32,000 nucleotides of DNA from Nostoc punctiforme PCC 73102 (lineage in GTDB: Bacteria; Cyanobacteriota; Cyanobacteriia; Cyanobacteriales; Nostocaceae): assembly GCF_000020025.1 (NCBI RefSeq), contig NC_010628.1, positions 3,810,001 to 3,842,000 of the forward strand, in the 5' to 3' direction. Of the stretch, positions 23,285 through 31,502 are shown one piece after another. Numbering within the stretch: position 1 is the first letter of the stretch; the number at the start of each line of letters is the position of its first letter. Under the pieces are notes generated by a model. That model did no database searches. It was given only the letters and a program-made list of their open reading frames with translations, and was not told where the DNA came from. The position numbers and the translations under genes were made by a program.

Positions 23285-24610
23285 ATGATTATGAAGAAAA
23301 AATACATACATAAAGAGCAGGAAACTCCTAAGTCTAGTTTATTTGGTTTAACAAAAAAATCTCACCAAATCAACTTAGTAATTTTGCCTGAAAAGATTTT
23401 GACCGACAAGTTTTTTGTGAAGAAAACAATAACTCATAGGCTGGTATATTTAATAGTGATAGCAGCAGGATTTTTGAGTAGCTGTTCAACAGATTTTTCT
23501 GGAAAAGTTTGTCCTTCAATTGTTCCTTCTCCTACAGTTAATGAGTCACAGAGTCAAATTTCGCGCCCTCTGACACCAACTGCTGAGGACAACAATTTTG
23601 TGGTTGGAGTTGTTGAAAAAGTAGAACCAGCCGTAGTTCAAATTAATACTTCCCGAACTATTAGAACCCAAGTACCACAATTACCAGATGCATTAAATGA
23701 CCCATTCTTTCGGCGCTTTTTTGGTGAAAATCTCCCTACACAACCTCAAGAGCGAGTAGTGCGCGGTCTAGGTTCTGGTTTTGTCATTGACCCCAATGGA
23801 CGAATTCTCACCAATGCTCACGTTGTCAGCGATGCGGATACGGTGACGGTATCATTTTCTGATGGTCGTACTGTTGAGGGGAAAGTACTGGGGAAAGATG
23901 CTGTGAGTGATGTCGCAGTTGTGCAAATTCCTGGTACAAACTTACCAACAGTAGAAATAGCAAATTCTGATACTTTAAAACCAGGACAGTGGGCAGTTGC
24001 TATAGGTAATCCTTTAGGTTTACAACAAACGGTAACGGTAGGCGTTATCAGTGCAATCAACCGTTCCTTAAATCTTTCTACCAGACCTAGTAGTTATATT
24101 CAAACCGACGCAGCAATTAACCCCGGAAATTCGGGCGGGCCACTCTTAAATGCTCGCGGTCAAGTGATAGTCATTAACACCGCAATTATTCAAGGTGCTG
24201 AAGGTATCGGTTTTGCAATTCCTATAGATACGGCGCAACGAATTGCCGAGCAATTGATTACTAAGGGTAAAGTTGAATATCCTTACTTAGGGCTTCAGAT
24301 GCTGACGCTAACACCCGAAGTTAAGCAAAGAATCAATAATTATCCAAATAGTAATGTCCGCATTTTAGCAGACCGAGGAATTCTTATTGTTCGGGTTGTC
24401 CCTAATTCCCCTGCTGCCAGAATCGGATTACGCCCAGGAGATGTTATTTAAACAATCAACAATCAAACTGTTAACAATGCTGAAGAAGTTCAGCAGATTC
24501 TTGCAAAGAATGGCTTGAATAATAACTTACAAATCCAAGTGCTACGCAACGGACAGAACTTACAATTCACAGTACAACCTGAACCACTGCCATCTCCAAA
24601 TAACATCTAG
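23285..24610 (+). pseudogene. HtrA/DegP-family serine protease with an in-frame TAA (24449-24451) inside the PDZ domain
   Basis: The catalytic triad contexts TNAHVV, DVAVVQI and GNSGGPL are intact. After ...RPGDVI the frame reads TAA and then stays open for 52 more codons (TINNQTVNNAEEVQQILAKNGLNNNLQIQVLRNGQNLQFTVQPEPLPSPNNI*), which is normal PDZ sequence. Confidence 0.85.
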
Positions 24611-24620
24611 TCTTAAGTTT

Positions 24621-24649
24621 GTCAGGGAGGTAATACCTACCTGACTTTT
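24621..24649 (+). terminator. Intrinsic terminator after the full-length htrA frame
   Basis: The stem is GTCAGGGAGG (24621-24630) / CCTACCTGAC (24636-24645) with one mismatch, the loop is TAATA, and TTTT follows. It lies 11 nt after the TAG at 24608-24610. Confidence 0.6.
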
Positions 24650-25746
24650 CAACTGTTTTCAACAGATGATTCAGACTTGCCATCTACCACAGCTAATACT
24701 TTTTCTTCGTGATTATCTTTTTTGTTTTCCTGCCAATTGTTGAGTACATCCTCGACCAAAACCTCTTTAATCCAAGTTTGGAAAACAATTACTAACGGGA
24801 CGGCTAGAAATACACCTAAAAACCCGAAAAAACTGCCAAAAAAGACCACTGCTACTAAAGTAACTGCTGGCAAAAGAGATGCTTGGCTTTTCATCACTAA
24901 AGGCACTATAATTAGACTTTCAACCTGCTGAATTCCAAAATATAAGGCTACAACTGCGGCGATTTTCCAAGGTTCTTCACTTAATGCTAGCAGTGCAGGT
25001 GGAATCACGCTCAAGGTTGGCCCAACATTCGGGATAAATTCTAATAATCCTGCCAAAATAGCATTAACTAATGGCAATGGTACTCCCAAAATCAACAGTC
25101 CGACATAGCTGAATGAGGCAATGACCAGCATAGTAAGGAGCGTGCCTTTTATCCAGCCAGTCAACGAAGTTGCACATTTGTTCAGAATGTCATCAACTCG
25201 CTGACGATAAAAGGCAGGAAATAGCAGTATAAATCCGTGCCGATAGGGCAACGGATTTGCTAAAAGCATAATGGTGAGAGCTATAAAAAGCAACAAACCT
25301 AAAATAATAGAAAGTGAGCTACTGACCAAGCTAAAAAAGTTGTTTATTAGCCGATTTAACCAATCTTGTAAACCTTGAGTCAGATATCTAAGTCCCCGAA
25401 TATTTTCTAACAGTTGGTCAGGAATTACATTCTGTAACCAGTTGTTCCATGATCGCAACCGTTCTAATGCCATAGGCATAATATTACCAAATTGTTGCAA
25501 TTGGTCAACAAGACGGGGTACGATTAGCGCAAAAAAACCGACCAAAACAGTCAATAAAAGAATAATTGAGATGACAACTGCAATTCCGCGCTTGATACGA
25601 AATCTTTGAAAAAAGCTTACTAGTTGATTTAAGGCTGTGGCTAAAACTACTGCTGCAAATACCACCAAAAGTATTTGTCGAATTTGCCACAAAATGTAAA
25701 GAGATATAACAAGAGCGAGAAACCCTATTAATTGTCCGAATCGCAT
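24649..25746 (-). CDS. AI-2E family transporter (PerM/UPF0118)
   Basis: 365 aa with about 8 TM helices. It has the typical UPF0118 layout and an LEFIPNVGP motif. Confidence 0.9.
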   Translation of the reverse strand: MRFGQLIGFLALVISLYILWQIRQILLVVFAAVVLATALNQLVSFFQRFRIKRGIAVVISIILLLTVLVGFFALIVPRLVDQLQQFGNIMPMALERLRSWNNWLQNVIPDQLLENIRGLRYLTQGLQDWLNRLINNFFSLVSSSLSIILGLLLFIALTIMLLANPLPYRHGFILLFPAFYRQRVDDILNKCATSLTGWIKGTLLTMLVIASFSYVGLLILGVPLPLVNAILAGLLEFIPNVGPTLSVIPPALLALSEEPWKIAAVVALYFGIQQVESLIIVPLVMKSQASLLPAVTLVAVVFFGSFFGFLGVFLAVPLVIVFQTWIKEVLVEDVLNNWQENKKDNHEEKVLAVVDGKSESSVENS

Positions 25747-26064
25747 AATCTAGCCTCCATTCTTTTGTTATTCCTAGCTATAATGCTAAGTTTAATTACT
25801 TAAATTTAGCTGGATCGCTATATTAATAAAAAGCCTTTCAAAGGCTAATTTTTGAATAGCATCGATATATATCTCTACCTTTCGACATAATTTAGGTCTT
25901 TTATTAAGAGAGTAATCTGAAATAAATAAAGTTTTAAGGCTAGACTCATAAAAATGCAAAAACTACGTCACATCAATATGTTGATGCGTGCCTTTAATAA
26001 TTCGATAATTCGTTGATTTGATAATCCAGAGTAGAAAAATTAAATACAAAAATTTATTTGGTAG

Positions 26065-27939
26065 CTAGGCATTTTTAATTAGTTTATTTCGCTCCATACG
26101 GTTCAAAATGCAGGCGATTAGTGTTGAAGATACGATAGGCTTGCTCACACAATCATCAGCACCAATCGCAAATATTTGCTCAACAATATCTGCCGATAAA
26201 TTATCAACAACAAACACCACTGGTAGAAGTTTCCAGCAAGGATCGTTACGTACCACTTGGCAAAGTTCAATGCCATTGATGTAAGGCATTTCCGCATCTA
26301 AAATTAGTAAATCTGGGGAAAATTCTGTCAGAGTATCCCAAAAATAGCATGAGTCTTCAAGAGTTTTTAGAGTAATTCCTAAAGTTTCTAGAGATTGTTG
26401 TATAACAGTTAAAATCTGTGGGTCATCCTCTACAACCATGATTCTCGCTTTAGTAATACGAGTTTGCTGTAAAATTTGGATCGCTGACTCTAAAATTTCG
26501 TTAGGTGGCATGGATTTCTGCAAAAAAGCACGACCGCCAGCTCGTGCAACCTCAAGGCGTAGGCGAAGCCCGCCGCAGGCATCGCTAAAATTATTTCGTT
26601 CTGTAAAAACTAACACTGGTATTTGTGGCGTTGGCGTTTCGCCCACCGTAGGCGATGGCGTTCCGCCCAGCGTAGCTGATCGCTGGGATAATTCTATTAA
26701 TAATTTCAAACTGTCTTCCTCAATATCAAGATCGAGTAGCACCACATCGGGATTTAAAGATGGGATTATACTTCTGGCGGCGGTGAGATTAGTAGCAATT
26801 TTAACTTGTAATCCCTGATTCTCAGCCTCATTTACCAATCCCTCAACTACTTGCCGATCGTTGCTAATTACTAATAGTAGATTTTGGGTTTGTTCAACTG
26901 AAGTTTTTTCTAGCTCTCGTTGTAATTCCATCAAGAGCTTATCTAAATAAAAACATTTAGCTTGGCTAATAGATTTTTGAGTTTGAAATAAATCTTCTAT
27001 CTCATTAGCTAATAACGAGCCTTTTGGAAAGCCAAAACTACCCAATGAACCAGCTAGCTTATGAGCTTCTTGCTCTGCTTTTTGCCGTAATTGAACATCA
27101 AGTGTACCTTTTCTTAAAGCATCAGCTGCTTGTTTTAATACTGCAATGCGCGAACCAACCTTAGTTTTGAAAATTTCTCGCTCTTGAGCAATGGCTGTTA
27201 GTAGAATTTGTTGCTGCTTTAAATCTATTTCTGGCTCATCTGTCGGGCAACTTTGCTCATGAGATAGAGCTTTTAAACGATAACCCATTCCGTAAACAGT
27301 TTCTATAAAATCGTAGTTAGCACCTGCTGTTTTTAGCTTCTGCCGTAAACTTTTGATATGAGATTTAATCGTATTTTCTTCAGGTGGATCTTTTTCAGCA
27401 CTCCAAAGTTGATCTACAATTGTAGCCCGGCTAAAGATGCGCTGGTTGTTACGTAAAAAAAGGTCTAAAAGACTAAATTCTTTTGCTGTTAAATTTAGCG
27501 CAATGTCTGCATAAGTTACCTCACAAGTACTAGGATCGAGAAGCAAGCTTCCCCATTCCAAAACTGGAGGTAAAGCAGTATTTCCCCGACGTAGTAAAGC
27601 ACGAATCCGAGCTGATAACTCTTGAAAATCAAATGGTTTGACTACATAATCATCTGCTCCGGCATCTAAACCGATAACTTTATCAGTTTTAGTATCTTTT
27701 GCCGTTAACAGAAGAATAAGCATTTGATAGCCTTCTTGCCGTAATTGCCGACAAAGACTTATGCCATCAAGCTTTGGCAAAATCACATCGAGCAAAATCA
27801 GGTCATAGTTACAAACATTTACCAACTCCCAACCAGCTTCACCATCAGCAGCAATATCAACTACATAATTTTGTTTAGTAAGTGCTGTTGCTACAGCTTG
27901 AGCAAGCAAATCATCGTCTTCAACTAACAGAATTCTCAT
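26065..27939 (-). CDS. Multi-domain response regulator: REC - winged-helix (OmpR type) - HPt - REC-like - REC
   Basis: The N-terminus MRILLVEDD...LLDVILP...LLTA...YVVKPF is followed by wHTH (LTAKEFSLLDLF...IETVYGMGYRL). The HPt motif is AHKLAGSLGSFGF. The middle REC-like domain shows LLLVISND...VVLLDLDI...VLVFTE...FLQKS. The C-terminal REC shows RIMVVEDD...LLILDAEMP...CVSKP. I prefer the ATG at 27939 over the track's TTG at 27963. Confidence 0.9.
   Translation of the reverse strand: MRILLVEDDDLLAQAVATALTKQNYVVDIAADGEAGWELVNVCNYDLILLDVILPKLDGISLCRQLRQEGYQMLILLLTAKDTKTDKVIGLDAGADDYVVKPFDFQELSARIRALLRRGNTALPPVLEWGSLLLDPSTCEVTYADIALNLTAKEFSLLDLFLRNNQRIFSRATIVDQLWSAEKDPPEENTIKSHIKSLRQKLKTAGANYDFIETVYGMGYRLKALSHEQSCPTDEPEIDLKQQQILLTAIAQEREIFKTKVGSRIAVLKQAADALRKGTLDVQLRQKAEQEAHKLAGSLGSFGFPKGSLLANEIEDLFQTQKSISQAKCFYLDKLLMELQRELEKTSVEQTQNLLLVISNDRQVVEGLVNEAENQGLQVKIATNLTAARSIIPSLNPDVVLLDLDIEEDSLKLLIELSQRSATLGGTPSPTVGETPTPQIPVLVFTERNNFSDACGGLRLRLEVARAGGRAFLQKSMPPNEILESAIQILQQTRITKARIMVVEDDPQILTVIQQSLETLGITLKTLEDSCYFWDTLTEFSPDLLILDAEMPYINGIELCQVVRNDPCWKLLPVVFVVDNLSADIVEQIFAIGADDCVSKPIVSSTLIACILNRMERNKLIKNA
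26556..26685 (-). repeat. Two small GC-rich dispersed-repeat insertions, in frame, inside the middle REC-like domain (boundaries approximate)
   Basis: About 26626-26685 encodes ATLGGTPSPTVGETPTPQ and about 26556-26586 encodes DACGGLRLRLE. The DNA (CACCGTAGGCGATGG, GGCGAAGCCCGCCGCAGGCATCGC) resembles the repeats at 8625-8651, 12411-12437 and 15196-15226. Confidence 0.5.
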
Positions 27940-28275
27940 GAAAATATTTGCTTGTAGAAACAAACCTAAGCGCTGTAATCAAATTATTCTAACTTAGCTT
28001 ATGCCTTTTTCAGCTTTATATGACATCTATCAAAGGCAAGGTTTAACAATATTTTCGCAATCATCCCATTGACGACGATCAACACTTTCTACTGCTGATT
28101 TTGAGTCTGGTTACATTCATTCTTGGCGCGATCGCCTTTTTCAAAACCTTTAAACTCCCTCATTTGCGATGCGATCGCTATTCCTAATCAGTCTAAATTA
28201 GTACAAAACTTCTTTCAAAGACACTAAAAAACTATCTACACTATTACTAGCATCGGCATTTAACCGACTTTAAGG

Positions 28276-28737
28276 GTGAATACTTTTATGAGTCATGACC
28301 CTATCGAGCTATATCAACCAATCAATGCTCTCAAACCTGTCGATAAAAATATTTGGATTGTGGATGGGTCAGTTGTAAGAATGGCAATGTATGGAATGGC
28401 TATTCCTTTTTCGACTCGGATGACGGTTATACGGTTAAACAACGGTGAATTATGGTGTCATTCACCCATCGAACTGACGGAAGCACTAAAAACAGAGATT
28501 GATACACTCGGTTCAGTCCGTCATCTCATTCCACCTAATAAGATTCATTATGCTCACATTAGCATTTGGGCTAAAGCGTATCCAGAGGCGATCGCTTGGG
28601 CATCACCGGGAGTGCGAGAACGGGCTGCCTAGCAAAAGATTCAAGTCACTTTCAATGCTGATCTTACGGACAAACCACCTGCAAATTGGGCAAATGAAAT
28701 TGACCAGTTAATTTTTCGCGGTAGTCGATTTATGGAT
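28276..28737 (+). pseudogene. DUF4336 family protein, 5' part; in-frame TAG at 28630-28632 and then truncated by an IS
   Basis: DUF4336-like sequence KNIWIVDG...TRMTVIRLNNGELWCHSPIELT is present. After ...GVRERAA the frame reads TAG and then QKIQVTFNADLTDKPPANWANEIDQLIFRGSRFMD in the same frame, up to the IS end at 28738. Confidence 0.8.
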
Positions 28738-30267
28738 CTGACTTTTCCCGTTAAGTCTTGAAAAGCTTGCTCAAAAAGGATTTAGGGCAAGGTACAAGGT
28801 TTACAGTAAAATAACCCAAGCGTGGTATCAGAGGCGACAAATGATGTTGGACTGGTGGGAGAAAAATTTTGCGACTTGTGAGTTGGGCGATAAGCCTGAC
28901 GGCATGGCTACGCTTACCGCCGATTGAATGAGCGTGCAATGTCAATTGGCTATGCTTTAAGTCAAGGATTTGGCAAAGCACTGTCAGAAATCTTCAGTGG
29001 AGCAACCGTACTCAAGAGGGCTTATGAGTTTTTGCCAACCCAAAAGTAGAATTTTCAAAACTAATAGAGCCGCACTGTCAAATGACGGCGGAAACTGTTG
29101 CAGAATATGATGTAGTGTTGTGTGTTGGAGACACTACTTTTCTTGATTATGGCAGTATTACGGTGAAAAAAGAAGGTTACGGCCCGATTGGTAAGGGAGG
29201 TAACGGTTTAATATTACACAGCGCTTTAGCTATAGAACCTGAAAAAGGTCAGTCCCTTGGTCTGTTATGGCAAAAACTTTGGAATCGAGAGCCAAAACAG
29301 AAGCTACCAAAAGATGAAACTCCGACACAGAAGAAACAACGGCAAGCAGCAGCCCGTAAAGAAGCCAGAAAACGCCCCTTTGAGCAAAAAGAATCTTACA
29401 GATGGGTAGAAGCACTTACCACTGTAGAAAACGAAGTTAGCAAGTCCACCCGCGTGATTCATGTCTTTGATAGAGAAGGTGATATCACAGAGGTTTTTGA
29501 TAAAGCTCGTCAACTTCAGCATACGGGAGTTTTGGTACGTGCGGCTCACAACCGTAGTTTAGATCAAAATAGTGAACGTCTATGGTCAAAGCTGGAAGCT
29601 CAATCTATCGGTTTTGAACAGGAAATCAAACTCCCAGATACGAGCAAGCGCTCTGCCCGCAAAGCAAAGCTGGCTGTAAGATTTTGTCCCGTTAACCTCC
29701 GTACTCCCTACCGTTTTGACAATCGCGATCCTCTACTTGTGTATGCTATTTATGCCACAGAAGTTGATTGTCCAGAAGGTGAAACCCCTGTAGAATGGAT
29801 GTTGCTAACCACGGAAGTTGTCGCAGATATCCAGATGGCTTCTACAATTTTAAATTGGTATTCTTACCGTTGGCAAGTGGAAGAGTATCATAAAATTTTC
29901 AAGTCAGGGTGTCAGGTAGAAAGATACAGACTTGCTGCTGATGGGATGAAAACCTTAATTGGTTTCTTGAGTGTGATTGCTGTTGAGCTTTTGCAGTTGA
30001 CTTATCTACACCGTACCCAGCCAAACGCCGACGCAATTGTTATCCTCAATCCCCTTGAGCTTCGCATTTTGAAAGCTAAATCACCCAAACTACCCGAGAT
30101 ATTAACAGTTAGTTGGGCTGTGGGAGCGATCGCTCGTTTAGGGGGTTACTTAGAACATCGACATAAAACCCCTATTGGTATTCAGGTACTGTAGCGAGGC
30201 TGGTTAAAATTACATGACCTCTGTGAGGGATGGCAGCTTGCTAGAGAGACTTAACGGGAAAAGTCAG
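28738..30267 (+). mobile_element. IS50/Tn5-like IS4-family insertion sequence (1530 bp)
   Basis: Perfect 21-bp TIRs CTGACTTTTCCCGTTAAGTCT lie at 28738-28758 and 30267-30247. The first six bases match the Tn5 outside end, CTGACT. The flanking direct repeat is ATTTATGGAT (28728-28737 and 30268-30277; the TSD is 9 or 10 bp). Excision restores ...RGSRFMD|EVVFFHRNS.... Confidence 0.9.
28841..30194 (+). pseudogene. Tn5-like DDE transposase with a degraded N-terminal region
   Basis: The 370-aa C-terminal ORF (29082-30194) has VGDTTFLDY, HVFDREGD and YSYRWQVEEYHKIFKSG (the Tn5 equivalent is RWRIEEFHKAWK). The first ~80 codons (from ATG 28841: MMLDWWEKNFATCELGDK...) can only be followed by switching frame at least three times (LTAWLRL / LNERAMSIGYALSQGFGKALSEIFSGATVLKRAYEFL / NPKVEFSKLIEPHCQ). 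Confidence 0.8.
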
Positions 30268-30277
30268 ATTTATGGAT

Positions 30278-30589
30278 GAAGTCGTCTTCTTTCACCGCAA
30301 CAGTACTACCCTGATTCTGGCTGACTTGATCGAGAACTTCGAGCCAAGTAAAGTAAGTCAGAATTTTGGTTGGCTAATAAAACTAGCAGGCAGTGCCGAC
30401 CCAGATGGTAAAGCGCCACTTGATTTGCGACTAACATTTTGGGGACACAAGGTTCAAGCGCGTCAATGTATTGAGCAGTTGCTGCAATGGCAACCTGAAA
30501 GAATTATTCTGTCGCATGGCCGTTGGTATGCGGCGAATGGTGCTGCTGAACTGCGTCGCGCTTTTCGTTGGCTGGGAGATTTTGGATGA
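30278..30589 (+). pseudogene. DUF4336 family protein, 3' part
   Basis: It continues the frame interrupted at 28737: EVVFFHRNSTTLILADLIENFEP...ERIILSHGRWYAANGAAELRRAFRWL. Confidence 0.8.
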
Positions 30590-30661
30590 TACAAAAAAGT
30601 ATTTCCAAAGATAGTAGAAACCCATTTGCAATAATTTTTCAAATGGGTATTACAGTCTTTT

Positions 30662-31285
30662 TTATAATCCAGTAAAGTTGTAACCAACTCCGAGCATCAA
30701 TCCTACATCCGTTTGATCCAAAAACGCCGCATTCACCCCTGCTGTTGCTGTTAAGTTAGTATTTAAAGGAACATCTACACCACCAGATAAAAGTAAGCCA
30801 ACGTCTGGATCATCACTAGTTTCAATCGCTACACCTGCTCCAACGTATGGTGCGACAGCGAATGTGTCTTGAAAAGCGTCTGCTGTACGAAAATTAAAGT
30901 CATAAGTGAGAGGAACCAGAACAACAGGGTCATCCTCAATCGCTACAGATGGTCGTACAGATAAGGTACGTGTCAGCCCAATTTTGCTGATTACCATAAA
31001 GCTACCTTCACCTAAAGCTGAATCACCACCTAAACCAATGTTGCCAGCAACTCCAATATAGCTAGAGCCACCACGGGTAGTTCGACCTGGATTAACATTG
31101 ACTTGCGCCACCTCAGCAGAAGTTTTAGAAGCAGGCTGTGTTGGCTGGGGAATCAAATCGGCTGCTTTTGTTGAAATTTTACTGGAAGTCGATATTTGTG
31201 CTTGAGCAGATAATCCACTTCCCAGCATTGTGATTGTAGAGGAAATAAACAACGCAGAAAATTGCTGTAACCAAATACTATTCAT
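30662..31285 (-). CDS. Small outer-membrane beta-barrel protein (OMP_b-brl-like)
   Basis: The signal peptide ends in ...GLSAQA. A Ser/Thr/Pro-rich linker follows, then alternating-hydrophobic beta strands. The C-terminus is ...LMLGVGYNFTGL. Confidence 0.55.
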   Translation of the reverse strand: MNSIWLQQFSALFISSTITMLGSGLSAQAQISTSSKISTKAADLIPQPTQPASKTSAEVAQVNVNPGRTTRGGSSYIGVAGNIGLGGDSALGEGSFMVISKIGLTRTLSVRPSVAIEDDPVVLVPLTYDFNFRTADAFQDTFAVAPYVGAGVAIETSDDPDVGLLLSGGVDVPLNTNLTATAGVNAAFLDQTDVGLMLGVGYNFTGL

Positions 31286-31502
31286 TTTTCAACCTTCCAA
31301 ATAATTTTGTATGAAGAAATCAGGTTTCAAAAAGCAATCTAATTCGTAACAAAATTGCTGTTAATTTCCTAACTGATTAAAGCTGATATTAGGCAACTTC
31401 ATTAACTGCATAGATAATACTATTCCGAGCCTGAATTACACTTTTGAAATTAACTTGGAAAAGTGGAAAACTTGTGGATATAAGCAATATTGTCAAAATT
31501 GC

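Noticed and set aside
25828-25855. Terminator between the multi-domain regulator and the AI-2E transporter gene (AAAAAGCCTTTCAAAGGCTAATTTTT)
   Set aside because: The stem is only 4-6 bp and GC-poor. It is plausible as a weak bidirectional terminator but too weak to call.
18902-28632. Alternative genetic code or systematic stop-codon read-through as an explanation for the three in-frame TAA/TAG codons
   Set aside because: Neighbouring intact genes terminate normally at TAA, TAG and TGA at positions consistent with full-length homologs (for example TAA at 2840-2842 and TAG at 9144-9146). Reassignment is therefore unlikely, and independent nonsense mutations fit better.
28499-28981. Track ORFs 28499-28711 (+) and 28751-28981 (-)
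   Set aside because: The first is an alternative frame of the DUF4336 gene. The second is antisense to the degraded N-terminal region of the IS50-like transposase.
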